Below are positions 29,066-38,198 of a stretch of DNA of 64,000 nucleotides, piece after piece. The notes beneath the pieces were generated by a model. That model was not told the DNA's origin, did no database searches, and saw only the letters and a list, made by a program, of their open reading frames with translations. Source of the DNA: Thermodesulfobacteriota bacterium (GTDB taxonomy: Bacteria; Desulfobacterota_D; UBA1144; Nemesobacterales; UBA2774); assembly GCA_963422265.1 (NCBI GenBank), contig OY729416.1, positions 672,001-736,000 of the forward strand, read 5' to 3'. Numbering within the stretch: position 1 is the stretch's first letter; every line of letters starts with the position of its first letter. The position numbers were made by a program, and so were the translations under genes.

Positions 29066-32000
29066 TCACTCTACCGTTAGTTTTGCCTTCTTGGCTTTGG
29101 ACTTCTTAGCAATAAACTTTTTAAGTTCCCTTCCATCCGTTTTAAGAAGCTGCTTGAGGCGTGACGCGTTTACCTCAGCAACAATAATATCGCCTACTTC
29201 CATGTGAACGTTCCCATAAATTTGAAGAGCCTGCATACCCTTGGTCTGTTTCTGGTTGTCCTCAGTGGGGCTTACGTAATGGACTGAGATAGCCTTATAC
29301 CTATGAATCAGGAACAAATGTATCAAAGCCATCAATCTCTTCTGGCGATATTTAGCGTCAAACGTATTTTGATCCCTTACGGAAATTGTGGGTTTACCCG
29401 TGCGGTCATGGATCGTAGTGAAGACAACATCCGCTATCTTTTTCTCTTCTTCGTCATAAACCCCTAGTTCAAGGATATCCGAACCAGCGGTATGAGGCCT
29501 TAGCCGAACGTGGAAATATCCAGGGAAATTATTATGAGCCGTCCATAACTCTAGCCACTGCTCTAAAAGTTTAGGTGGCACCTCAGTCTCCACCAAGTGC
29601 TGGACCTGAGTAGAACCCTTACCCATAGCCTTAGTGGTAGCGGTGCGACCCGAAGAAGCAGAAAGGGCGCTATCCAGACGTGGACCACCAACCAAGGTCT
29701 GCGGCGTTTTGTAAGGCGAATCAAGCAGTCTGAACTTCCTCTGCAACCTAGCCAGCGCCAGCATACCATCTTGTCTAAGCGCAGTGGCGAACTCTTCGGT
29801 GGCAAGTCCGTCAATCTGGTGACCTCCGTAAGTAATAAAATCAAAAACGTAACCGAGCTTGCCGATCTCCTCGGGGAAAACTCTCATCTCATCCTCGGTC
29901 ATACCCGTAGTATCCCAGTTGAAGGATGGCGACAAATTGTAAGCAAGCATCTTATCAGGATAGACAGCGTGAATAGCATTGGCGAACTGCCTTGCTTCTT
30001 CTAAATTAGCGGTCTTAGTCTCCATCCATATAAGATCGGCGTAGGGTGCTACTGCTAAGGACTTAGCAATCGCATATTCAATACCGCCTTTCACTTGATA
30101 GTAGCCCTCAGGGGTTCGGGCAAGTTCACAATCCCACGAAGCCTCAACCCCCATTGACCTAGCTTGTTCACGTGCATTGTGAAACGAAGTGTGAGCCGCC
30201 AGCTCAAACCATTCATCAATACTCATACTCAGCTTCCTGCCCTCTTCTATCTGAAATTCCATCTTGTCGGCAACCGCCTGCGCGAACGTCATAAGACCGG
30301 ACTCCACTTCCCATACCTCAACAAACTTTGACACCGCATTGTCAAGCGGCTTGGTAATACTCCTTTCCTGTCCATCTTTAAGTGCCTGAATACTTTCATC
30401 AATAATTAAAGTCAAGCCCACTTGATCAAACCATTTATAAGTCTCTCCATATTCAGAATCAGAAAGTTGATACAAGAGATGACCGTTGACGTCGGTTACA
30501 CCTTTATCAAAGAATCTTTTAAGTATCGCCAGATAACAATTCTTATAGCCAGGTATGTTAATATTTGTAGCTCCAAGGATGAATGGGTGGTCACGCTCGT
30601 CACCCCTTCCGTCAAGAAGGGTCGCCGCCTCGGCATCAGTTCTGGCAACGATAATCCCCGGGACCTTCATAATATCAAGCTGGAATCTAGCGGCGTTTAA
30701 TCTCTTTATTTGCTCGTCAACTGGGACAAGCACTTTACCCCCTTGGTGTCCACACTTTTTTGTGCCGGGCTTTTGATCCTCAATGTGATATCCAGTAACC
30801 CCAACTTCAACAAACCTTCGTATGAGATTCCTCACATGGGCATCTCCGCCATGTCCCGTATCAGCGTCAGCAATAATAAAAGGCCTGTAGTCATAGTGTG
30901 GGGTAGATTTTCTCTCCTTATCAGACATTCTTGACCTTAGAAACGTCTGGTTTTTATCAGCAGTAAGTAGAGCGCGCACTAAAACCGCCGCTTCATCGGG
31001 CACTTGGCTAAGCGGATAGCTCGCCAGATCTGAACCAGGGTCCTCCTGAACGGATCCCTTCGCCGATGTTGCCCATCCCCCCAGGTAGATAGCCTCAACC
31101 CCGATCCTTTTCATGACAACCGCCTGACCCGGAGAGTAAGGACCAAAACTAGTAACCTGCTTGCCCTGTGAAAAGAGAACTCTAAGACGTCTATAAAACT
31201 CCTCAGAATATCTTCTCGCTATAGGATAGTCGTTCTCAAGAGTGCCCCTCTGCTGCACAACTTGGCGGGCGGAGTAAAGACGTCTAATACCCTTAAACCG
31301 AGGCCTCGCAAACCATTCTTTTGTTGCTTGCACTTCTCTTTCAAATGAATCAAGCTCATCCTCATAAAAAGTATCAAAACCACCTTCAGGCATAAAGTCT
31401 AAATTCTCGGTAATTCTACTTCCATCCTTCTTAAACGCGTCCATATATTGCTTTATTCTTATTTTAGCAGTAGGCAGATCGTGGTTGTTTAAGTTAATAT
31501 TCAACAGGTCAATATACCAAGGCGTTTTAACATCATCCTGAACGTAAGTCTCTACTATTTCCCTCGCAATCGGCAACGTAGTAGGCTTGGAGTTATCATG
31601 AACATCTTTGTCCTTTGCTTTAAGAAGCTTGTCGTATTCCTCGGCTAAGAGCTTTTTGAAGAGTCCAACCGTGAACACGTCTTCCTTATTCACTTTCGTT
31701 TCTTTGTCAGCTTCTGTAAGCTTTGCGCCCTTATGTACCCACTCCCAGAGTATGCTCAGGCGAATCTCCCCTGTGGCAGCGTCTTCCATAAGATAGAGTA
31801 TATTATCGTCACCAAAGAAATCCGCTGGCTTAAGAGCCGCTGCCTGAAAGCCCTGGCCAAAGGCGTTACCATATTGAAGCGCCACGCTAATCAAATTCCT
31901 CGCTCCCCTAATTGTTCTTGGCGCCGTTTCGAGAAGCCTAAGTCCATCGGCGTCCTGATCAGTATAAGTGAGAATAGGGAAACTTCTTCCAAGCTGATTG

Positions 32001-33316
32001 TCGTCCCCAACCCTTTGCCACACAGGTCTTATGATGTGAACCATCTTCCAATGCGCTACCCACTTTCCACTGGCGCCCTCTTTCTGTTCCCTAACCGCCC
32101 CGGCGAGCGCTTTCTCCATACTACTCTTAACACCCTCTTCTGCACCTACTGGAATATTGGGCTCCATCCCACCCTGCCATAAAGCAAAGTTGCCGTTCAC
32201 GTCAGGGATATTCACAGCCCGTCTTGCGCGGTCCTCGTAATTCCTCATATAACCATAAGTCATGGTGATTGATTCTATATTGGGATTAACGAAATCTATA
32301 TCCCAAGCCATAGCGTCTGAGACACTGTTTATATAGTCCCACCTTCCCGTGTTGAATCCCACGAAATGCCTGCCTAAAGCCGCTCTGATCTCCATTAGTT
32401 GGAACGTCGCCTCAATCTGTTCTATCAACACATAAACCTTAATGGTGCCGACTGGAATATCGAGATGATCTTCTAAAGCGGAAATGAGCTGATTCCAGAA
32501 AGAGGCTTCCTCGGCCGTTTGAATCTTAGGCAGATACAACACTATAGAAGAACCCGTTTTATCAAGCGTCTGGTAGTTGTTCACTACGTAAAGTGCCAAG
32601 TCCGCTATTGAAGCCGAAAGCGCTAGACCATTCTCGTCCCGTATATGCCTATCGTCTAGGTGTAAACCGCGGGTGCGGAAAATTTTAGTGGTAAAATCAA
32701 GCTGTTTACGCCAGTCGCTTATTATCTCTTTATTGAAAAAACCCGTAGCCCATTTGTTCATCCCTTTAGATACCTGCTCGGCAATGTTCAAAAAAACAGG
32801 GTCTTTACTAATGGCTAGTTTTAGATTTCTCTGGTTATCAAGGGACATAGACGTAATTTGTCCCAGAGCGTCCTCACCATCAAACATCCATCCATCTGCG
32901 CCGGATAACAAAGCGTAGGCTACGTTACGTATGCTCTTTTCAACCGGCGAATTAGGCTTAGCAGCTGGTCCAGTTCCCTGCACCCATTGTCTCTGTAAAT
33001 CATGAGGAATTTCAGAACCGACAAACTTTCCATCCCTTGCATCTTGAACCACTATATTTGTACTCGGTATAAAGTCGTTAGGATCAAGGAATCTAATTCT
33101 CTCCCTGTTCCTAAACCTCTGCACCCTTCTGGCGTATCGTTTTTCCATAAGCACCTTCTGATCCTTATTAAAAACGGACAGTGCCTTGAGGGCATCAACA
33201 ACCTCGGGGGTATATATATCGGTATATTCACTTTCCAGACCATCTCTTATCTGTAAACCTCTTGGGACTGAAATAGTTTTTGATGCTTCATTAGATAATC
33301 TGCGAACGGTACTCAT
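29066..33316 (-). CDS. Bifunctional malate synthase / ICL2-type isocitrate lyase fusion
   Basis: aa 1-~640 malate synthase motifs ([48 protein letters not shown]); from ~aa 650 ICL motifs ([52 protein letters not shown]); ICL2-like C-terminal domain ([23 protein letters not shown]). Confidence 0.92.
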   Translation of the reverse strand: MSTVRRLSNEASKTISVPRGLQIRDGLESEYTDIYTPEVVDALKALSVFNKDQKVLMEKRYARRVQRFRNRERIRFLDPNDFIPSTNIVVQDARDGKFVGSEIPHDLQRQWVQGTGPAAKPNSPVEKSIRNVAYALLSGADGWMFDGEDALGQITSMSLDNQRNLKLAISKDPVFLNIAEQVSKGMNKWATGFFNKEIISDWRKQLDFTTKIFRTRGLHLDDRHIRDENGLALSASIADLALYVVNNYQTLDKTGSSIVLYLPKIQTAEEASFWNQLISALEDHLDIPVGTIKVYVLIEQIEATFQLMEIRAALGRHFVGFNTGRWDYINSVSDAMAWDIDFVNPNIESITMTYGYMRNYEDRARRAVNIPDVNGNFALWQGGMEPNIPVGAEEGVKSSMEKALAGAVREQKEGASGKWVAHWKMVHIIRPVWQRVGDDNQLGRSFPILTYTDQDADGLRLLETAPRTIRGARNLISVALQYGNAFGQGFQAAALKPADFFGDDNILYLMEDAATGEIRLSILWEWVHKGAKLTEADKETKVNKEDVFTVGLFKKLLAEEYDKLLKAKDKDVHDNSKPTTLPIAREIVETYVQDDVKTPWYIDLLNINLNNHDLPTAKIRIKQYMDAFKKDGSRITENLDFMPEGGFDTFYEDELDSFEREVQATKEWFARPRFKGIRRLYSARQVVQQRGTLENDYPIARRYSEEFYRRLRVLFSQGKQVTSFGPYSPGQAVVMKRIGVEAIYLGGWATSAKGSVQEDPGSDLASYPLSQVPDEAAVLVRALLTADKNQTFLRSRMSDKERKSTPHYDYRPFIIADADTGHGGDAHVRNLIRRFVEVGVTGYHIEDQKPGTKKCGHQGGKVLVPVDEQIKRLNAARFQLDIMKVPGIIVARTDAEAATLLDGRGDERDHPFILGATNINIPGYKNCYLAILKRFFDKGVTDVNGHLLYQLSDSEYGETYKWFDQVGLTLIIDESIQALKDGQERSITKPLDNAVSKFVEVWEVESGLMTFAQAVADKMEFQIEEGRKLSMSIDEWFELAAHTSFHNAREQARSMGVEASWDCELARTPEGYYQVKGGIEYAIAKSLAVAPYADLIWMETKTANLEEARQFANAIHAVYPDKMLAYNLSPSFNWDTTGMTEDEMRVFPEEIGKLGYVFDFITYGGHQIDGLATEEFATALRQDGMLALARLQRKFRLLDSPYKTPQTLVGGPRLDSALSASSGRTATTKAMGKGSTQVQHLVETEVPPKLLEQWLELWTAHNNFPGYFHVRLRPHTAGSDILELGVYDEEEKKIADVVFTTIHDRTGKPTISVRDQNTFDAKYRQKRLMALIHLFLIHRYKAISVHYVSPTEDNQKQTKGMQALQIYGNVHMEVGDIIVAEVNASRLKQLLKTDGRELKKFIAKKSKAKKAKLTVE

Positions 33317-33397
33317 ATTCCCCTGCTCTCCTTAAAATATTGGGTTATTAATTTAATCGGCTTCTTACTTCGTAAAACTATAGAGAAATGACGCAAG

Positions 33398-33425
33398 ATT
33401 ATAATACAAGTTCTGGTTAAAGCAA
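33398..33425 (-). promoter_or_regulatory. Sigma70-type promoter of the MS-ICL fusion
   Basis: Minus-strand TTGCTT-N16-TATAAT, about 80 nt upstream of the ATG. Confidence 0.55.
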
Positions 33426-33482
33426 ATAAAATCTTAACATTACTCTGATTAAATATGGAAACTCGTTCCCCGGACCCCTTTT

Positions 33483-33510
33483 TAGATTCCTGTTCGGAAG
33501 TGGGAACGAC
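33483..33510 (+). repeat. Degenerate short palindromic repeat (GATTCC..GGAAYG type)
   Basis: TAGATTCCTGTTCGGAAGTGGGAACGAC, similar to 55793-55820 and the reverse of 14560-14588. Confidence 0.55.
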
Positions 33511-33705
33511 GATCTCCTCATATCATCCACCTTATAACTCCCACCCATTCAATCGTTTTGATGAAAGAGAGAAACTTGTATATCTACTTATAGGGGTCCA
33601 GAAACTCTGAAAAGCTATCCTCGAGAAGGTGAAAAATAAAGAGAATCTGAAACAAATTCAGGGTGGTTTAAGGGTATATTTAAATAGCTTTTACACAAGA
33701 AATGG

Positions 33706-35106
33706 CTAGCTTAGGTCTTCTTTTAGACTCTTAACTATTCCTTCCACCATTTTCTTTCCATCCCCGAAAAGCATAAGGGTATTGTCCGCAGCGAATAGAG
33801 GATTAGGAATACCAGCGAATCCTGGACTTAGACTTCGCTTGATCACGACAACCGTCTTTGAGTAATCTACATCTAAAATTGGCATCCCCGCTATTGGGCT
33901 CTGAGGATCCGTCCTTGCAACTGGGTTAACCACATCGTTCGCTCCAATAATAATAGTAACATCAACCTGCCTAAAGCCAGGGTTAATATCATCCATATCT
34001 TTAAGCCTGTCATAAGGAATATCAGCTTCTGCAAGAAGAACATTCATATGTCCAGGCATACGTCCCGCCACGGGATGCACACCGAACTCAACAATAGCGC
34101 CATGACCCTCTAGCAAGTCGAAAAGCTCTCTTACCGCGTGCTGCGCCTGAGCAACCGCCATTCCATAACCGGGGACTACGCATACCTTTTTAGCTCCCTC
34201 AAGAAGCATCGCAACCTCTTCGGGGGAAGTCGCTTTCACCTTGCCCTTATAAACGTCATCTGCTGAAGGTCCCCCTTCAACGGCGCCAAAAGTGCCGAAT
34301 AGGACATCAGTCAAAGAACGGTTCATCGCTTTACACATTATTATCGTTAATATGATTCCCGATGCTCCCACCAAAGTTCCCGCCACGATAAGCACAGTGT
34401 TATGAAAGACAAACCCCGTTGCGGCAGCGGCTAATCCAGAGAATGAATTTAAGAGAGCTATAACGACCGGCATATCCGCCCCGCCTATTGGAATCACAAA
34501 TAGAATTCCCAGTACGGAAGCAGCTATAACCATCAGCCAATACAATGTTGAAGATCCAGGATAAACCACCATAAAGTAGGCAAAAACCAGCGTTAAAAGT
34601 GCTAGAATGATTTTGACTATTTGATCTCCGGGATAGCGGACTGATCCCTCATCCGCGAGACCCTGAAGCTTGCCGAATGCGACAAGACTTCCCCAGAACG
34701 TAACCGCACCTATGAGCCCAGAAACAAACGTAGCAATAGAAGACTGAGGGTTCACCGATTCAGGACCTATTAGGATGGACGTTTCAAGTAATGCAGCCCC
34801 TGCAACTAAGACGGATGCTATTCCACCGAACCCGTTATACAAGGCGACTAGCTGAGGCATTGCGGTCATTTGAATCCTGATAGCCAAAGCGGATCCTATT
34901 CCACCCCCAACTATGATCCCAGCGAATATTATCCAGTAACTGACGATATTCTTATGAAGCAAAGTTACCAAGACGGCTAAGAGCATTCCCAGAGCGCCGA
35001 GCAGGTTTCCCCTGACTGCCGTTCTAGGATGGGAAAGCCCCTTGAGGCCAAATATAAACAAAGCCGCAGCTATTAAATAGATGATGTTGACGAGCTCAGA
35101 AGACAT
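33706..35106 (-). CDS. pntB: NAD(P) transhydrogenase subunit beta
   Basis: MTAMPQLVA, PIGGADMPVVI, VPGYGMAVAQAQH, HPVAGRMPGHMNVLLAEA, GANDVVNP. Confidence 0.97.
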   Translation of the reverse strand: MSSELVNIIYLIAAALFIFGLKGLSHPRTAVRGNLLGALGMLLAVLVTLLHKNIVSYWIIFAGIIVGGGIGSALAIRIQMTAMPQLVALYNGFGGIASVLVAGAALLETSILIGPESVNPQSSIATFVSGLIGAVTFWGSLVAFGKLQGLADEGSVRYPGDQIVKIILALLTLVFAYFMVVYPGSSTLYWLMVIAASVLGILFVIPIGGADMPVVIALLNSFSGLAAAATGFVFHNTVLIVAGTLVGASGIILTIIMCKAMNRSLTDVLFGTFGAVEGGPSADDVYKGKVKATSPEEVAMLLEGAKKVCVVPGYGMAVAQAQHAVRELFDLLEGHGAIVEFGVHPVAGRMPGHMNVLLAEADIPYDRLKDMDDINPGFRQVDVTIIIGANDVVNPVARTDPQSPIAGMPILDVDYSKTVVVIKRSLSPGFAGIPNPLFAADNTLMLFGDGKKMVEGIVKSLKEDLS

Positions 35107-35108
35107 AT

Positions 35109-35390
35109 TTAATCCTTCCTTTTGAACATCTCTAACATTCGGTTGGTCACCATAAATCCACCCACAACATTAATTGTCGCAAGAGCAACTGCAAGAAATC
35201 CAAGCACGGTAGTAAGCAACGTGACCTGAGTCCCCGCTGATAGTATTGCCCCTATTAGAATAATTCCTGATATAGCGTTTGAGCCCGACATTAAAGGGGT
35301 ATGGAGCGTAGGAGGAACCTTAGTTATTACCTCAAAACCCACAAAAGCAGCTAGAACAAATATGGTAAACGCCATTGCAAAGCTATCCAT
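35109..35390 (-). CDS. pntAb: NAD(P) transhydrogenase subunit alpha, membrane part
   Basis: KVPPTLHTPLMSGSNAISG, INVVGGFMVTNRMLEMF. Confidence 0.95.
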   Translation of the reverse strand: MDSFAMAFTIFVLAAFVGFEVITKVPPTLHTPLMSGSNAISGIILIGAILSAGTQVTLLTTVLGFLAVALATINVVGGFMVTNRMLEMFKRKD

Positions 35391-35420
35391 TTTGTAGCCC
35401 TCCCGAATTTAGTCCTCTTC

Positions 35421-36569
35421 CTATAATCGCAAACTTTCCCTTACCCGATCGTTGACTACTTTGCCGTCGTCAGTAATAAGAGTTTCCCTTAGTATTTCAT
35501 CCTCTAAATCTATGTAGAGCTTTTCATCTTTAACCATTAAAAGAAGAAGATTTGCAATATTCTTGGAATACATCTGACTCGCATGATAAGGAACGCTTGA
35601 CGGAACGTTTTGCGGACCTATGACAGTTACTCCGTCTTTCCTAATAGTCTTACCCGCTTCCGTAAATTCACAATTACCGCCGCTCTCAGCCGCAAGATCT
35701 ACTATTACGGATCCCTGACCCATACCTGCAACCATCTCCTTAGTAACCAGAATCGGCGCTTTCCTGCCTGGAATTGCCGCTGTAGTTATAACGGCATCGC
35801 TTTCAGCAATAACCTTAGCCATGAGATCCTGCTGCTTTTTGTAAAACTCTTCATCCATCTCTTTTGCGTAACCACCCTCGTCTTCAGAGTCCCCTGCTTC
35901 AAGCTCAAGCTCTACGAATTTCGCCCCCAAGCTCTGCACCTGCTCTTTGACGGCAGGACGAACGTCATAAGCCGAGACTACGGCTCCTAGACGATTGCAT
36001 GTAGCTATCGCCTGCAGTCCCGCCACCCCAGCACCAACAACAAAAACACGAGCTGGTGTGATCGTTCCGGCGGCGGTCATCATCATCGGAAACATTCTTG
36101 CAAGGGATTGCGCCGCTATCAGAGCAGCTTTGTAGCCTGCAATGTTAGCCTGTGAAGAAAGAACATCCATGCTCTGGGCTCGCGTGATACGCGGAACAAG
36201 CTCCAGCGCAAATGCCTTAACCCCTTTTAATGCTAGGGCATTTACCGCCTGCTTATTAGTCAAAGCATCTAAAAGTCCTATTAATATCTTACCTTTCCCA
36301 AGCTTCTTTAGATCCTCAGCGTCACTATCGGGATTGCAACCTACTACCCTTACTTGCAAGAGCACGTCCGCCTTCGCAAATACTTCATCGCGGTCGGAAA
36401 TAACCGCTCCTTGCTCTTTATACATCTCATCAGTAAAGCCCGCTTCTAATCCTGCACCCGACTCTACGCGCACGGTGAAGCCCGCATTACTAAGCGCAGG
36501 TAGTCCACTAGGAATTAATGCCACCCGTCTTTCCCCGGCAAACGTTTCTTTTAAGATTCCAACGATCAT
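35421..36569 (-). CDS. pntAa: NAD(P) transhydrogenase subunit alpha, domain I
   Basis: GERRVA, PRITRAQSMDVLSSQ, GAGVAGLQA, TTAAIPGRKAP, DLAAESGGNC; start placed at MIVGILKE (upstream TTG at 36596 is possible). Confidence 0.95.
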   Translation of the reverse strand: MIVGILKETFAGERRVALIPSGLPALSNAGFTVRVESGAGLEAGFTDEMYKEQGAVISDRDEVFAKADVLLQVRVVGCNPDSDAEDLKKLGKGKILIGLLDALTNKQAVNALALKGVKAFALELVPRITRAQSMDVLSSQANIAGYKAALIAAQSLARMFPMMMTAAGTITPARVFVVGAGVAGLQAIATCNRLGAVVSAYDVRPAVKEQVQSLGAKFVELELEAGDSEDEGGYAKEMDEEFYKKQQDLMAKVIAESDAVITTAAIPGRKAPILVTKEMVAGMGQGSVIVDLAAESGGNCEFTEAGKTIRKDGVTVIGPQNVPSSVPYHASQMYSKNIANLLLLMVKDEKLYIDLEDEILRETLITDDGKVVNDRVRESLRL

Positions 36570-36886
36570 ATTATTGCTTCGACCACCATTCTCCAATTTT
36601 TACATTCCATCTTTACCCTCTTTACATTCCCTTCTTCCCCTTCTTCCCTTTTTCTGTTACCAACAAATAGTTATATCAGTATCTATACCTGTTAGCTTTT
36701 AATAATTCAAGACTATATATCAAATTTGCTTACACATTATATGAAAAGCTATCAAAGATTAGAAATTTTATTCATTAATGAAAACTAGTCAAGTTAAAGC
36801 AAATAAGATTTGCTAAACACTTCCAATGCAAAATTTTTATGATATGATACCCACCTCTAAAAATAGATTTCAATAGGGTTTATATT

Positions 36887-38191
36887 ATGAACATCGCCGT
36901 AATAGGAACAGGATACGTCGGATTAGTCACCGGGGCATGTTTGGCGGAAAGTGGAAATAACGTCATTTGCGTTGATATTGATGAAGAAAAAATAAGGAGT
37001 CTTGAAAAAGCTAAGGTTCCGTTCTATGAACCTGGACTTGAAGATATAGTAAAAAAGAATCTAAGTGAAAAAAGGCTTTGTTTTACCACTGATATTAAGA
37101 AGGCGGTAGAAAATTCTTTAATAATTTTCATTGCCGTGGGCACCCCACCAGGAAAAGATGGCTCGGCGGATACGAGTGCGGTACTTAACGTCGCTAAAAG
37201 TATAGGTGAAAACCTCAATTCTTATAAAATTGTAGCTACAAAGAGCACAGTCCCGGTAGGCACTACAGAGATGATCCAAAATGAAATAAAGAGCACAACG
37301 GACGTTGCATTTGACGTAGCTTCCAATCCAGAGTTTCTGAAAGAAGGGGCTGCAGTTGAGGATTTTATGAAGCCCGACAGGGTAATAATTGGGGTCGAAA
37401 GCAAAGAGGCGGGACAAACCTTAAAAGAGCTTTACGCTCCTTTTATGAGGTCGAGTGAAAGGGCGCTTATAATATCTATAAGGTCATCAGAGCTTGCCAA
37501 ATATACAGCGAACGCCATGCTCGCAACCCGAATCTCCTTTATGAATGAAATAGCTAATCTGTGCGAAATTGTAGGGGCGGACGTCTCTGACGTCAGACAC
37601 GCGGTTGGTGCGGACGAAAGGATCGGTCATCACTTCCTATTTCCTGGAATAGGGTATGGTGGTTCGTGTTTCCCAAAAGACGTGAAGGCGCTGATTAGCA
37701 CAGCCAAAAATTTGGACTATGAACTTAAGATATGTGCAGCTACGGATAAAGTAAATAATAGACAAAGAGAGTTGTTTTGGAATAAGATAGAGAGGTTTCA
37801 TAGCGGTAGCCTGCGCGGAAAAAAGTTTGGAGTTTGGGGCCTGTCTTTTAAGCCCAAGACGGACGATATAAGAGAAGCGCCGGCTATTTTTATAGTTGAA
37901 AAACTTATTGCAGAGGGTGCTAATATAATCGTTCATGATCCGGCTGCCACGAAAAACACAAGAGCGCATTTTGGGAATAGTATCTCCTATGCAAAATCTA
38001 ATTATGGTGCTTGTGAGGGCGCCGACGCGCTTATCATCAACACTGAATGGAATGAGTATCGTCAACCTGATTTCTCGAGGATGAAAAACATTATGGAAAA
38101 ACTCGTGATCTTTGATGGAAGAAACCTCTACGATCCTCAAAAACTTGCAAATATGGGTTTTAAGTATATTGGTGTGGGCATAAGAAACTGA
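36887..38191 (+). CDS. ugd: UDP-glucose 6-dehydrogenase
   Basis: GTGYVG, KSTVPVGT, SNPEFLKEG, GYGGSCFPKD, FKPKTDDIRE, FDGRN. Confidence 0.95.
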   Translation: MNIAVIGTGYVGLVTGACLAESGNNVICVDIDEEKIRSLEKAKVPFYEPGLEDIVKKNLSEKRLCFTTDIKKAVENSLIIFIAVGTPPGKDGSADTSAVLNVAKSIGENLNSYKIVATKSTVPVGTTEMIQNEIKSTTDVAFDVASNPEFLKEGAAVEDFMKPDRVIIGVESKEAGQTLKELYAPFMRSSERALIISIRSSELAKYTANAMLATRISFMNEIANLCEIVGADVSDVRHAVGADERIGHHFLFPGIGYGGSCFPKDVKALISTAKNLDYELKICAATDKVNNRQRELFWNKIERFHSGSLRGKKFGVWGLSFKPKTDDIREAPAIFIVEKLIAEGANIIVHDPAATKNTRAHFGNSISYAKSNYGACEGADALIINTEWNEYRQPDFSRMKNIMEKLVIFDGRNLYDPQKLANMGFKYIGVGIRN

Positions 38192-38198
38192 AGACATA

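Noticed and set aside
36597-36655. Pyrimidine-rich tract upstream of pntAa
   Set aside because: Low-complexity sequence with short repeats (TTTACATTCC twice); no structure or function inferable
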